Shown: positions 1 through 10,210, numbered from the stretch's first letter. The stretch: DNA of 15,794 nt from Thermotogota bacterium (GCA_051748045.1 JBNJGY010000047.1:1-15794); one strand, 5' to 3'. The notes: generated from the sequence alone by a model not told the origin. Program-made: numbers and translations.

Positions 1-1440
1 GCACTTTATTCTCAAGACAAAGATTTGTTATTTGCTAACATGCCAGAAGATCAATTAGAACTAACAAATAATAAGTTAGAAGAGAAAAATGTCACAGAAG
101 AAATAATGGGTAGACAAATGAGAAGTTTATACTCACAAACAAAATTATTTGATGGAATATATGTTCAATTATCCAATCCGTTTGAAGAAATAGATACCTC
201 ATTTAATATACCTTTAAAAACTGATTTTGATTTAGAAGAATTTAAGATGGAAGATTTCGAATACAAGGTTAAAATAGGCTTGGATGAAATTATTAGAAAT
301 GTATTATTTGTATTAGCTATAATGATAATTCTTATAGGAATTTTTGCATATTTCTTTGGTAAGAGATTTGGTAGAAGAGTTGTTAAAGTAAACGAAGTTC
401 TAGAAAATATTTCAAAAGGTAATTTAAAAAATGAAATCGAAGATCATAAAACAAAAGATGAGTTTGATGTTATGATGAACAAACTTAGAGATACATCTTC
501 TTCTCTAAAAGAAATGATTAAGAATTTGATAAATAATTCAGATAAAATTGTAGAAACTTCAGCGAATGTTTCAGGGAAAGCAAAAGATCTTGATAACACA
601 AAACAAAAATTAGAAAATATGGTTAACTTTGTTGGAGACATTGAAAGCACAATAGAAAATCTAAACAGCAACATTTCAGGGTATTTAGATAAACTAAGAA
701 AATCATCAAATGAAGTAGATAAAGGCGCGAATGATATACAAAAAATTTCTGAAGATTCAGTTACTATAGCGCAAGAGGGAGATAAAGAAGTTGAAAATAT
801 AAACAAAGTATCAGACAGTTTAAAAGATTTTATAATGAGTACTGAAGAGAAATTAGACAATTTCTTACACGAATTTCAGAACATCAATTCTTATATTGAT
901 AGTATTTTAGATATTTCAAAACAAACAAATCTCTTGGCACTAAACGCATCAATTGAAGCTTCACGTGCTGGAGAAGCTGGGAAAGGTTTTGCAGTCGTTG
1001 CAGACGAGATAAGAAAATTATCAACTGAAACAGCTCAAACAGCTAGTGGTATAACAGATGAAATGGACAAATCTTTTGGTAGATTAGATGATTTAAAAAA
1101 TAGGGTAAAATCAACAGTAAATGAAATAGAAACCTTAAAAAATACAATTGCTAATTTTGAGAAAGGATTCTCAACGCTAAAATCAAGCTCTTATTCATTA
1201 AAAGATTTTGCAAATGTATTAAAAGATACAGTATCTCAGGAAAATGAAGTTATAGAATCATTCAGAAAAGATATGAAAGATGTTGATAGAGTAACCCAAA
1301 ACACCAAAAAACAAGTAAGTTCTCTAAATAGTGATTTGAAAAAAGAAACAGAGGTTATAAACTCTCTACTTAAACAGGTTGATGTGATGAATCAAATTTC
1401 AGATGACCTTAATCAAGAAACCAAAAAGTTTGAGATATAA
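1..1440 (+). CDS. Methyl-accepting chemotaxis protein, 5'-partial (TM2-HAMP-signalling domain)
   Basis: Frame is open from base 1 ([14 protein letters not shown]...), so the start lies upstream of the window. Has a hydrophobic helix [19 protein letters not shown], a HAMP-like segment (GNLKNEI...KDEFD) and the conserved hairpin tip [33 protein letters not shown]. Stop TAA at 1438-1440. Confidence 0.95.
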   Translation, partial: ALYSQDKDLLFANMPEDQLELTNNKLEEKNVTEEIMGRQMRSLYSQTKLFDGIYVQLSNPFEEIDTSFNIPLKTDFDLEEFKMEDFEYKVKIGLDEIIRNVLFVLAIMIILIGIFAYFFGKRFGRRVVKVNEVLENISKGNLKNEIEDHKTKDEFDVMMNKLRDTSSSLKEMIKNLINNSDKIVETSANVSGKAKDLDNTKQKLENMVNFVGDIESTIENLNSNISGYLDKLRKSSNEVDKGANDIQKISEDSVTIAQEGDKEVENINKVSDSLKDFIMSTEEKLDNFLHEFQNINSYIDSILDISKQTNLLALNASIEASRAGEAGKGFAVVADEIRKLSTETAQTASGITDEMDKSFGRLDDLKNRVKSTVNEIETLKNTIANFEKGFSTLKSSSYSLKDFANVLKDTVSQENEVIESFRKDMKDVDRVTQNTKKQVSSLNSDLKKETEVINSLLKQVDVMNQISDDLNQETKKFEI

Positions 1441-1447
1441 GATATAA

Positions 1448-1481
1448 TAAAATCCCCAAGCTAAAAAGCTTGGGGATTTTA
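1448..1481. terminator. Bidirectional rho-independent terminator between convergent mcp and rny
   Basis: Perfect inverted repeat TAAAATCCCCAAGCT-AAAA-AGCTTGGGGATTTTA with a T tract on both strands, between two convergent stop codons. Confidence 0.9.
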
Positions 1482-1487
1482 AATATA

Positions 1488-3035
1488 TTAACTTGCGTAT
1501 GAAACGCTTCTTTTTTCTCTTATAACAGTAACCTTTATTACACCAGGATACTGCATTTTTTCTTCTATTTGAACAGAAATATCTTGAGATAATTTTTCTG
1601 CTATAGAATCATCAATTTTATCTGGTTGAACAATGATTCTTAATTCCCTTCCTGCTTGAATTGCATATGCTTTATCAACGTATCTAAAAGATTTTGCTAT
1701 ATCTTCTAATTGTTCTATTCTTCTAACGTAGTTTTCCAATGTTTCTCTCCTTGCGCCAGGCCTTGCAGCAGATAACGCATCAGCAGCTCCAACAAGAACA
1801 GCTTCAGGAGTCATAGGATCAACTTCGTTATGATGATATTGCATGCCATTTATAACTTCTAATCTTTCGTTATATCTCTTAGCTATTTGGCCACCAACAA
1901 GTGCATGTGAACCTTCAACTTCATGATCAATAGCTTTACCAAGATCGTGGAATAAAGCAGATCTTTTAGCTAGTTCTACATTTAATCCCAATTCAGAAGC
2001 CATAAGGCCAGCAAATTGAGCAACTTCAATAGAATGTTCAAGAACATCTTGGCCATAGCTTGTTCTGAATTTTAATCTTCCTAATAATTTAACGATTTCT
2101 GGATGAGGTTGTTTAATTCCCACTCTCATAATTGCTTCTTTACCAGCTTCTTTGATATATTCTTCAACTTCTGTTTTTGTTTTGTCATACATTTCTTCTA
2201 TTCTAGCAGGATGAATTCTTCCATCAGCGACTAATTGTTCAAGAGTTCTTTTTGCGATCTCTCTTCTTAAAGGGTTAAAACATGAAAGAACAACTATTTC
2301 TGGTGTATCGTCTATTATTAAATCTGTGCCTGTTAATTTTTCAAATGTTCTTATGTTTCTACCTTCTCTACCGATAATTCTACCTTTCATATCATCAGCA
2401 GGTAAAACAACTGTAGATGTTGTGATTTCAGAAGTAACATCAGATGCGTATCTTTGGATTGCAGTTGTGATAACCCATTTAGAATATTTTTTAGCGTCTT
2501 CTTCATAGTTTTCTTTTATTTCTTTGAATTTTTGAGCAATATCAACTTCATATTTTTCTTTTACTTCATTCATTATAATTTGTCTTGCTTCTTCTTCAGT
2601 TAAATTAGCTATTTCATTTAATTTATCTTGTGCTTCTTTTTTCATTTTTTCGATTTCAACTTTTTCAGTTTCAACTTTTTCTTTAGTTTTATCGAGGTTT
2701 TCCTCTTTTCTATCCAAATTCTCTTCTCTTCTAATTAAGCGGTCTTCAAGTGATTTTGTTTCATCTTTTTGTTGTTTTATATCTTTGTCGAACTCTCTTC
2801 TCATTTTGTGGATTTCTTCTCTTGCTTCGACTATTTCTTTTTTTCTTAAATTTTTAGCGTCTTCTAGAGCTTTTTCTTTTATATCTTTTGCTTCTTTTTT
2901 AGCATATTCAATGTCTTTTTCAAGCAATTCTTTTTTATTTTTTAAACTTCCAATAAATTTTGAATTTCCCAAAAACATACCTAAAAATATACCAATAATA
3001 GCTACGACTACAGCGATTATTATTTCAATAATCAT
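1488..3035 (-). CDS. rny: Ribonuclease Y
   Basis: N-terminal TM anchor (IIIAVVVAIIGIFLGMFL), coiled coil, KH motif MKGRIIGREGRNIR, HD motif LFHDLGK, ADALSAARPGAR and C-terminal YPGVIKVTVIRE. Start moved to ATG 3035 because SD AGGAGGTG lies 6 nt upstream; the ORF-track GTG at 3044 is part of that SD. Confidence 0.97.
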   Translation of the reverse strand: MIIEIIIAVVVAIIGIFLGMFLGNSKFIGSLKNKKELLEKDIEYAKKEAKDIKEKALEDAKNLRKKEIVEAREEIHKMRREFDKDIKQQKDETKSLEDRLIRREENLDRKEENLDKTKEKVETEKVEIEKMKKEAQDKLNEIANLTEEEARQIIMNEVKEKYEVDIAQKFKEIKENYEEDAKKYSKWVITTAIQRYASDVTSEITTSTVVLPADDMKGRIIGREGRNIRTFEKLTGTDLIIDDTPEIVVLSCFNPLRREIAKRTLEQLVADGRIHPARIEEMYDKTKTEVEEYIKEAGKEAIMRVGIKQPHPEIVKLLGRLKFRTSYGQDVLEHSIEVAQFAGLMASELGLNVELAKRSALFHDLGKAIDHEVEGSHALVGGQIAKRYNERLEVINGMQYHHNEVDPMTPEAVLVGAADALSAARPGARRETLENYVRRIEQLEDIAKSFRYVDKAYAIQAGRELRIIVQPDKIDDSIAEKLSQDISVQIEEKMQYPGVIKVTVIREKRSVSYAS

Positions 3036-3507
3036 CCGCTTCACCTCCTAAATCTTTAATCACGTATTCTATTATTTCAGTATCAAATCCTCTTCTAAAT
3101 AAATATTTTCTCAATTTTAAAAAATCATTTTTTGTAGATAAATATTTCTTCGCAACTTCCTTTGCAATTTCATACATATTTACTTCTTTTTTTACTATTT
3201 GAGCAGTTTCGTCAACGATATATTTTTCAACTCCAAGCTGAAGCAAATCGTTTGAAACGGCTATGATACCTTTTTTGTTTAAAGTAACTTTGTCATACAT
3301 AAATAAATAAGCGAATTTATAATCATCAATAATACCTATTTTTTTTAACTTTATAATTAGCTCATCTATAATATTATCATTATAACCTTTTTCTCTTAAT
3401 CTTCGTCTTAACTCTTTTTCTGCTCTCATTCTATATTTTATCAAATGGGCAGCAGAATTCTCAGCATCAGCCAAAGAGTCAGGATCATTTTTTCTCATCA
3501 GACTCAT
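3025..3507 (-). CDS. recX: Regulatory protein RecX
   Basis: Directly downstream of recA and overlapping it. RecX-type motifs [24 protein letters not shown]...L.QLGV and [10 protein letters not shown]. The start could be ATG 3507 or ATG 3498. Confidence 0.88.
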   Translation of the reverse strand: MSLMRKNDPDSLADAENSAAHLIKYRMRAEKELRRRLREKGYNDNIIDELIIKLKKIGIIDDYKFAYLFMYDKVTLNKKGIIAVSNDLLQLGVEKYIVDETAQIVKKEVNMYEIAKEVAKKYLSTKNDFLKLRKYLFRRGFDTEIIEYVIKDLGGEADDY

Positions 3508-4615
3508 CCTGTGTTTCTTCTTTTGTAGATGCTGTTTTTTTACCTTTTTGCATATCTTTTATTTTCTTTTCTAGTTCTTCTGGAATGAATAAATCTTTTT
3601 TCTTTCTAAGCTCAAATTCAAAATATTCTAAAAGTTCTGGATGTTCTTTTAAATATTCTAGAGAATTAATTTTTCCTTGACCCAAACTTACTTCTTCATC
3701 ACTGTCGTCTGTATAAGAGAACCAAGCGCCTTTTCTTTGGATAAGTCCTTCTTCAACAGCGAGGTTAAAAACATCATTTTCTTTTGCAATACCTTCTCCA
3801 TATATCATGTCAACTTGTGTTTCTTTAAAAGGAGGTGCAACTTTGTTTTTAACTACTTTTAGTTTTGTTTCATTACCTATAGCTTCTTTACCTTCTCTGA
3901 TTTGACTTCCTCTTCGTACTTCAATTCTTACGCTTGAATAAAATTTTAGAGCAACCCCACCAGTAGTGGTTTCAGGATTACCATACATAACACCAATTTT
4001 CATTCTTACTTGGTTGATGAATACAACTATTGTTTTTGATTTACTAACGCTACCAGCTAATTTTCTTAAAGCCTGTGACATGAGTCTTGCTTGTAAACCT
4101 ACATGAGTATCCCCCATAGCTCCTTCGATTTCTGTTTTTGGAACTAAAGCAGCTACTGAATCAAGAACAACAATATCAACCATGTTTGACCTAACTAAAG
4201 AATCAACAATTTCTAGAGCTTGTTCTCCAAAATCTGGTTGAGAAACTATCAATTTATCAACATCAATACCAAGATGTTCTGCATATTCAATATCTAAAGC
4301 GTGCTCAGCATCAACGAAAGCAGCTACACCACCATGTTTTTGTACTTCTGCTACTGCCTGTAAAGTCAGTGTAGTTTTACCTGAGCTTTCATTACCATAA
4401 ATTTCTACAATTCTTCCTCTTGGTAACCCCCCTATTCCTAAGGCGACATCAAGAGAAAGTACTCCACTAGGTACAGAAGCTACATGATTATCTGTATTGC
4501 CTTTTCCCATAAGCATTACAGAGCCTTTACCATGGTTCTTTTCTAATTCTTTGACTAATTTTTCAAGTAACTGGTCTTTTCCGCTATTATTATTATCGGT
4601 TTTTTTCTTAGCCAT
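3485..4615 (-). CDS. recA: Recombinase RecA
   Basis: [20 protein letters not shown] (Walker A), [28 protein letters not shown]-like [26 protein letters not shown]. No intein insertion. Confidence 0.99.
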   Translation of the reverse strand: MAKKKTDNNNSGKDQLLEKLVKELEKNHGKGSVMLMGKGNTDNHVASVPSGVLSLDVALGIGGLPRGRIVEIYGNESSGKTTLTLQAVAEVQKHGGVAAFVDAEHALDIEYAEHLGIDVDKLIVSQPDFGEQALEIVDSLVRSNMVDIVVLDSVAALVPKTEIEGAMGDTHVGLQARLMSQALRKLAGSVSKSKTIVVFINQVRMKIGVMYGNPETTTGGVALKFYSSVRIEVRRGSQIREGKEAIGNETKLKVVKNKVAPPFKETQVDMIYGEGIAKENDVFNLAVEEGLIQRKGAWFSYTDDSDEEVSLGQGKINSLEYLKEHPELLEYFEFELRKKKDLFIPEELEKKIKDMQKGKKTASTKEETQDESDEKK

Positions 4616-5216
4616 TAATTATTACGCCTCCCTCAAAATCAATCGTGTACATTTTTTTGTAAATGGGTCCTTTTTTAGTTAATTTCGATGAATAAAGTCC
4701 TACAGAATCAACTGGTATTTCAATTTTTTCAAAGTCAATTGATCCCAGCAAAGCTTTCCAGTGTTCAGGATATTTTTTAATACGTCCTACAGTAATGTGG
4801 GGTACAAATGTTTCTTTAGAAACATCTATTGAGTTGAATATAATTGATTTTTTAACCTCAGAATAAATACCTTCTAAAGTTTTTCCGCCATGAACACCAA
4901 ACCAAAGTGTTTTCAAAACATCATCTTTTGCGAAATAACCTAATTTTTCTACATTATAAACAAAAGTTGGGAATCCAGAAATTCTTTCCCCCATTTTATA
5001 AGCTATATCTGCAATTTTATGCATATCAAGATTACCCAAGAAAAATAATGTTAAATGAATATTTTCAGGTTTAGTCCAATTACCGTTGAACCCCATTCTT
5101 TTTAATTTTTCTATAGTATCTGTAAGTAGCATTTTTAATCTTTCGTTTGGTTCTATAGCAACAAATGTTCTAACTGTTTTTCTTAAATTATGTTGTATTT
5201 TTTCTTGTTTTTTCAT
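4608..5216 (-). CDS. thpR: RNA 2',3'-cyclic phosphodiesterase (2H phosphoesterase, LigT/ThpR family)
   Basis: RTFVAI N-terminal motif, two HxT motifs ([11 protein letters not shown] and FVPHITVGR), and C-terminal [22 protein letters not shown] lies 6 nt before ATG 5216. Confidence 0.93.
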   Translation of the reverse strand: MKKQEKIQHNLRKTVRTFVAIEPNERLKMLLTDTIEKLKRMGFNGNWTKPENIHLTLFFLGNLDMHKIADIAYKMGERISGFPTFVYNVEKLGYFAKDDVLKTLWFGVHGGKTLEGIYSEVKKSIIFNSIDVSKETFVPHITVGRIKKYPEHWKALLGSIDFEKIEIPVDSVGLYSSKLTKKGPIYKKMYTIDFEGGVIING

Positions 5217-5249
5217 CTTAATCCCCCTCGAAGTTCATCTGATACTATC

Positions 5250-5762
5250 TTATAGTATGTTTTCTTTGTTCTTTGTATAATAGTTTATCCCTGAGACAAC
5301 ACTAACTATAGCTGTAAATATAAGTAATGATATAAGTACAGGCTCGTTTATAAATAAATAAGCATAGAGGATTGAAACAATTTGTAAAAAAGTTTTTAGT
5401 TTACCAAATTTATCAGCTGCAATAACAACGTTTTTGCTTGCCAAAAACATTCTCATACCACTTACAAATATATCTCTTGAAACAATTATAGCGACAAACC
5501 ATCCAGGAACAATGTCAGCACCTAAAAGGGCAATAAAAACAGTATTTATTAATATTTTATCAGAAATTTGATCTAAAAATTTGCCAAGATCTGTAATTTG
5601 GTTAAACTTTCTAGCATACCATCCATCGAAAAGATCGCTTAATGCTGCAATAACAAATAAAACTAAAGCTGCTATTTTATAATCTGGCCCCATAACTGTC
5701 AGAATAAACACAGGTATTGTCATAATTATCCTTGAAATTGATACTATATTTGGTACATTCAT
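5250..5762 (-). CDS. pgsA: CDP-diacylglycerol--glycerol-3-phosphate 3-phosphatidyltransferase
   Basis: MNVPN..S.SRI start, CDP-alcohol phosphotransferase motif SDLFDGWYARKFNQITDLGKFLDQISDK, and GKLKTFLQ. ATGA overlap with the rimO stop. Confidence 0.95.
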   Translation of the reverse strand: MNVPNIVSISRIIMTIPVFILTVMGPDYKIAALVLFVIAALSDLFDGWYARKFNQITDLGKFLDQISDKILINTVFIALLGADIVPGWFVAIIVSRDIFVSGMRMFLASKNVVIAADKFGKLKTFLQIVSILYAYLFINEPVLISLLIFTAIVSVVSGINYYTKNKENIL

Positions 5763-7057
5763 AATATCTCTCCTTCCAAATCATAGTCAAGAGAATTTGT
5801 GATTTTCACCTTAACAAAAGAACCCAAATCAATTTTTTTATCAGATTTAAAAAGCACGTTGCCGTCTATTTCTGGGGCGTCCATAAAAGATCTTCCAACA
5901 TAAACTCCGTCAGAAAATTCTTCAACTAAAACATCTAATGTTTTACCTAAATATTTTTCCATAATATCTTCAGAAATTGCTTTTTGAAGTTCTAATAGAG
6001 AATCCACTCTTTTATCTTTAGTTTCTTCATCTACAGAGAAATCAAAATCATATGCTGGTGTTCCTTCTTCAGGAGAATAAGAAAATACTCCAAGTCTATC
6101 GAATTCTATTTCGTCTACAAAGTCCATAGTTTCCTTGAAATCTTCATCTGTTTCTCCAGGGAAACCTAATAAAATAGTTGTTCTAACAGCAGAGCCATTA
6201 GATTTGGCCTTTTTAACTATTTCTTTTATTTTATCTTTCATTCTAACTCTTCCCATAAGTTTCAAAACATTATCAGAACCATTTTGAACTGGAATATCAA
6301 AATAGTTTAATACTTTTTCGTTAGTGTGTATAGCCTCTATTATTTCATCGTTTATAAAATCTGGATGTAAATACATAACTCTAACCCAGAAATCGCCTTT
6401 GATTTTGTTTATTTTATTTAACAATTCTGGTAAAGACTGTTTTTCGTAAAGATCCAAACCATAAAGAGTGTTATCTTGTGAAACTAAAATGATTTCTTTT
6501 ATCCCGTTATCAATTAAGAATTTAGCTTCATTAACAATGTCATCTATTTCCCTGCTTGCAGGATTTCCTTTAAAATAAGGAATAGAACAAAAATTACAAT
6601 TTCTGTTACAACCATCTGCTATTTTTATATATGCATAATCAGTTTCTGGAACATGCCTGAAATCACATTCATATGTGTCATATGGAGTATCCAATTTCAA
6701 GTAGAAATTTTCTTTATCAAAATTATCCGCTATAACAGCAGGTGGAATAACACCGTAAAGACCGTCTACCTCTTTCAAGTCTTCTTTAAAATCATCATAA
6801 TACCTTTCAATTAAACACCCGATAGGAATCACTTTTAAATCAGGGTTTTCTTCTTTTAAAGAGTTGTATTCAAAAATTGTGTCGATAGATTCTTTTTTTG
6901 CAGATTCTATAAAACCACAAGTATCTATAAAAATGGCATCAGCTTTTTTAGGGTCATCAGCATATACATAACCTTTATTTTCTAAAATACCTCTAAAAAT
7001 ATCCATATCAGCATCATTTTTAGGGCATCCAAGTCTTACAATGTGAAAATTTTTCAT
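5759..7057 (-). CDS. rimO: Ribosomal protein uS12 methylthiotransferase RimO
   Basis: UPF0004 domain cysteines (LGCPKN, DTCGFIESAKKESID, GCL), radical SAM CxxxCxxC (GCNRNCNFC), W.RVMYLHP, GFPGETDEDF and the RimO-specific TRAM motif GRS..DAPEIDG. SD GGAGG at 7064-7068. Confidence 0.96.
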   Translation of the reverse strand: MKNFHIVRLGCPKNDADMDIFRGILENKGYVYADDPKKADAIFIDTCGFIESAKKESIDTIFEYNSLKEENPDLKVIPIGCLIERYYDDFKEDLKEVDGLYGVIPPAVIADNFDKENFYLKLDTPYDTYECDFRHVPETDYAYIKIADGCNRNCNFCSIPYFKGNPASREIDDIVNEAKFLIDNGIKEIILVSQDNTLYGLDLYEKQSLPELLNKINKIKGDFWVRVMYLHPDFINDEIIEAIHTNEKVLNYFDIPVQNGSDNVLKLMGRVRMKDKIKEIVKKAKSNGSAVRTTILLGFPGETDEDFKETMDFVDEIEFDRLGVFSYSPEEGTPAYDFDFSVDEETKDKRVDSLLELQKAISEDIMEKYLGKTLDVLVEEFSDGVYVGRSFMDAPEIDGNVLFKSDKKIDLGSFVKVKITNSLDYDLEGEIL

Positions 7058-7098
7058 CTTATTCCTCCAAGGTAAAAATATAAATTATTACTATATTA

Positions 7099-7121
7099 AG
7101 GGCGAACAAAAAGTTCGCCCT
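7099..7121. other. GC-rich palindrome/hairpin between polA and rimO (terminator, 5'-UTR hairpin or operator)
   Basis: AGGGCGAAC-AAAAA-GTTCGCCCT, a perfect 9-bp inverted repeat. The T-rich tail is on the + strand side and is weak on the transcribed (-) strand. Confidence 0.7.
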
Positions 7122-7142
7122 GCTTTATTTTGTATCAATAAA

Positions 7143-7151
7143 ATTATATCA
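7143..7151 (-). promoter_or_regulatory. Putative extended -10 promoter for the rimO-pgsA-thpR-recA-recX-rny operon
   Basis: Minus strand reads TGATATAAT (TG-n-TATAAT) about 85 nt upstream of the rimO ATG. No good -35 at 17-bp spacing. Confidence 0.55.
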
Positions 7152-7184
7152 AAAAAGTGGCTTAAACAAAAATTAAAAAATCTT

Positions 7185-9851
7185 TTATTTGCTCCAGTAT
7201 TTTCCTACTGATACGTCAGCTTTTAAAGGCACATCTAATTTAACAGCATTCTCCATATTTTCTATAAGTATTTTTTTAACTTCTTCAGTTTTGTCTTCTG
7301 GAATTTCGAGAACTATTTCATCATGTATTTGTAAAATCATTTTTGCATAATCTGGTAAATTCTTATAAACCTTAATCATTGCAAATTTCATGATGTCAGC
7401 TGCTGTCCCTTGAATTGGAGTATTTATAGCAATTCTTTTTATATCATGACTACCAGTTCTTATATTTTTTACAAATCTTTTTCTACCATAAAGAGTTTCT
7501 ACATAACCTTTTTCTTTTGCAAGTTTTATAGCGTTTTCTTGGTTTTCCTCGACTTTTTTATAAAGATTAAAATATCGGTCGATAAATTTCTTGGCATCTT
7601 TATAAGAAATATTTAATTTCTGAGATAACCCATAAGGTGAAGCTCCATAAACAAGACTGAAATTAACCATTTTACCTATTCTTCTCATGTCTGTTGTCAC
7701 ATCATCTAAATCAACGTCATAAATTTGAGAAGCAGTTATAGCATGAATATCTTTGTTTTCATTATATGCTTCTACAAGAGTTTCGTCTTTTGTTAAATGA
7801 GCAAGAACTCTTAATTCTATTTGTGAGTAATCAGCAGAAATCAAAGTCCATCCATCTTTTTGGGCACTTACAGTTCTTCTAATTCTTTCTCCTTCTTCCT
7901 CTCTGATAGGTATATTCTGAAGGTTAGGCTCAGAACTAGAAAGTCTTCCTGTTGATGTTCCAGTTTGGTTGAAAGAAGTATGAATTCTTCCTGTTTTATC
8001 ATTTATAAGTTTTGGTATAGCTTGAACATAAGTTGATTGTAATTTTTGATACTTTCTGTATTCAAGCAATTTTTCAGCAATTGGATGTTTATCTCTTAAG
8101 AACTCAAGAGATTCAGCATCAGTTGAATAATTCCCACTCTTTGTTTTTTTCTTGCCTTTTAAGCCTAATTCATCATAAAGCAATTCTCCAACTTGTTTTG
8201 GAGAGTTTGGATTAAATTCATAATCAGCCATATCAACCATTTCTTCATAAGCTTTATCTATCTTTTTTTGAAATTCATCTTCCAATTTTTTAAGTGCATC
8301 TTTATCAAAATAAACACCATTATTTTCCATCTCAGAAAGAATTGGAACTATAGGCATTTCTATATCATGCATTATATTTTTCATTTCTTTTTTTTCAATT
8401 TCTTTGGATAATTTTTTATAAAGTCTGAAAGTTATATCAGCATCTTCCCCCGCATAATTGACTACATCATTTTGATCCAAATCTTTTATATCTGCTGCAA
8501 AGAGTTTAGTTCCTATTAAATCATCGTATTTTATTGTTTCATAATTCAAATAATTTTTGGCTAAATCATCCATGTTGAACTTTCTTGAATCTGGATTTAA
8601 AAGATATGCACCAATCATAGTGTCAAAAAATATTTCTTTCATTTCATATCCGTTGCTTTTCAAAACAGAAATATCATATTTTAAATTTTGTCCTATAATC
8701 TTTTTGTCTTTTAAGGCTTTTAATAATCTTTTAATGATTTTACTCTTTTCTTTAACCTCTAATTTGGAAACATCTAAATAAAAACCTTCAAAAGCTTCTG
8801 TAGCCATTGCAACTCCATATATTTCTGCTTTTATAGGGTCAAGAGAATTTGTCTCTAAATCAAAAGCTACTTTGTCAGCTTTTTTAATAGTTTTTTCTAT
8901 AAAATCATCTAAATCATCTGGTTTAATAAGTTTATATTCAGCTTTTTTAGAGTAATCTTCTTGGTCATCATCGTCATCATCTGTTTCGAGATCCATATCT
9001 TTGATTAAAGAAGAAAAATCTAGTTCTTTCAAATGTTCAACCAAAGAGTCTTTTGGACCATTATATTCCATTTCTTTATCTTCAAACTCTATAGGTGCAT
9101 CATACATAAGTCTTACAAGTTTTTGGCTCATAAAAGCATTGTCTTTATCATTTTTAAGTTTTTTCTTAGCTGCGCCTTTAATTTCGTCAATGTTTTCATA
9201 TATTTTTTCTAGACTATCATATTCTTTTAACAGTTTTTGGGCTGTTTTAATCCCTACGCCTTTAACCCCTGGGATGTTATCTGCAGAATCTCCCATCAAA
9301 GCAAGCAAATCATTTACTTGTTCTGGGTAAACACCCATTTTTTTATGAACTTGTTCTCTATCGTACTTAACAATATCGCTTGCACCTTTTTCAGGCCTTA
9401 AGATATAAACATTATCTTTCACGAGTTGCATCATATCTTTATCTGAAGTTATGATATATACATTATCAAAATCTTTGCTTCTTTCAGTAGCCATGGTGGC
9501 AATAACATCATCAGCTTCGTAGTTTTCTAGCCCTAGTGTTTTAACTCCCATATGTTCTACAATTTCAACTATATAAGGTAATTGTTGAACGAACTCGTCA
9601 GGAGCTTTTGGCCTATTAGCTTTATAAGTATCCAGAAGTTCATTTCTGTATGTAGTCGTTTTTTTATCCATAACAAAAACAACAGAATCTTCATCTTTTT
9701 TCATGTAATCTTTTATTAGTTTATAAAGCATTCTTGCAACACCAAAAGTAGCGTTGGTGGGAACACCTTCAGAATTTTGCATCCAGTTTCCTATAGCAAA
9801 AAAAGCTCTATAAGCAATACCCGATCCATCTATGAGGTATAAATCAGACAT
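7185..9851 (-). CDS. polA: DNA polymerase I (5'-3' exonuclease, 3'-5' exonuclease and polymerase domains)
   Basis: LYLIDG..AYRAFFA, YEADDVIAT, SDKD, GDSADNIPGVKGVG, TGRLSSSEPNLQNIP, motif A ADYSQIELRVLAH, motif B RRIGKMVNFSLVYG, motif C LQIHDE. SD GAGGGG precedes the start. Confidence 0.99.
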   Translation of the reverse strand: MSDLYLIDGSGIAYRAFFAIGNWMQNSEGVPTNATFGVARMLYKLIKDYMKKDEDSVVFVMDKKTTTYRNELLDTYKANRPKAPDEFVQQLPYIVEIVEHMGVKTLGLENYEADDVIATMATERSKDFDNVYIITSDKDMMQLVKDNVYILRPEKGASDIVKYDREQVHKKMGVYPEQVNDLLALMGDSADNIPGVKGVGIKTAQKLLKEYDSLEKIYENIDEIKGAAKKKLKNDKDNAFMSQKLVRLMYDAPIEFEDKEMEYNGPKDSLVEHLKELDFSSLIKDMDLETDDDDDDQEDYSKKAEYKLIKPDDLDDFIEKTIKKADKVAFDLETNSLDPIKAEIYGVAMATEAFEGFYLDVSKLEVKEKSKIIKRLLKALKDKKIIGQNLKYDISVLKSNGYEMKEIFFDTMIGAYLLNPDSRKFNMDDLAKNYLNYETIKYDDLIGTKLFAADIKDLDQNDVVNYAGEDADITFRLYKKLSKEIEKKEMKNIMHDIEMPIVPILSEMENNGVYFDKDALKKLEDEFQKKIDKAYEEMVDMADYEFNPNSPKQVGELLYDELGLKGKKKTKSGNYSTDAESLEFLRDKHPIAEKLLEYRKYQKLQSTYVQAIPKLINDKTGRIHTSFNQTGTSTGRLSSSEPNLQNIPIREEEGERIRRTVSAQKDGWTLISADYSQIELRVLAHLTKDETLVEAYNENKDIHAITASQIYDVDLDDVTTDMRRIGKMVNFSLVYGASPYGLSQKLNISYKDAKKFIDRYFNLYKKVEENQENAIKLAKEKGYVETLYGRKRFVKNIRTGSHDIKRIAINTPIQGTAADIMKFAMIKVYKNLPDYAKMILQIHDEIVLEIPEDKTEEVKKILIENMENAVKLDVPLKADVSVGKYWSK

Positions 9852-10198
9852 TATATCCCCTCGCTTTTTCTGGCGTCTTCCAAAAACTTAACCGCTTCAC
9901 GTAGATGTGGGATTACAATTGAACCACCAATAATTAAAGCAATATCAAAAGCTTCAAAAATCTCTTCGTCTGTTGCTCCTTCTTTAATACACTGGTTAAT
10001 GTGATAAGAAATACACCCTTCACACCTTAAAACCATAGAAGAAGAAAGCCCCATGAGCTCTTTATATTTTGTTGGGATAGCCCCTTCCTTATAAACAGAA
10101 TTATCAAGGCTAAAAAATCTCTTTGTATTTAAAGTACCCTTTTCGAGAATTTTTTGATTCATCTCTTCTCTAAAATTTTCAAACTCTTTTTTATTCAA
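9851..10198 (-). CDS. Carboxymuconolactone decarboxylase / AhpD-like protein with CxxC
   Basis: EGAIPTKYKELMGL...LRCEGCISYH...GATDEEIFEA...IIGG is the CMD/AhpD core pattern. The start is probably TTG 10198 (SD AAGGAG 8 nt upstream); the GTG at 10207 overlaps the SD. Stop overlaps the polA start (TAATG). Confidence 0.88.
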   Translation of the reverse strand: MNKKEFENFREEMNQKILEKGTLNTKRFFSLDNSVYKEGAIPTKYKELMGLSSSMVLRCEGCISYHINQCIKEGATDEEIFEAFDIALIIGGSIVIPHLREAVKFLEDARKSEGI

Positions 10199-10210
10199 AA
10201 CAAACACTCC

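Noticed and set aside
3485..4615. Possible intein or extra domain in the 376-aa RecA
   Set aside because: Core motifs are contiguous. The extra length is a charged C-terminal tail plus a short insert before LGQG.
1488..7057. rimO-pgsA-thpR-recA-recX-rny as a novel RNA/DNA repair system, and the absence of cinA
   Set aside because: This is a well-known conserved neighbourhood. Having thpR without cinA between pgsA and recA is an ordinary variant.
8964..8981. (GTCATCATC)x2 tandem repeat encoding DDDDDD in polA
   Set aside because: In-frame low-complexity linker between the 5' nuclease and Klenow domains; too short to suggest phase variation.
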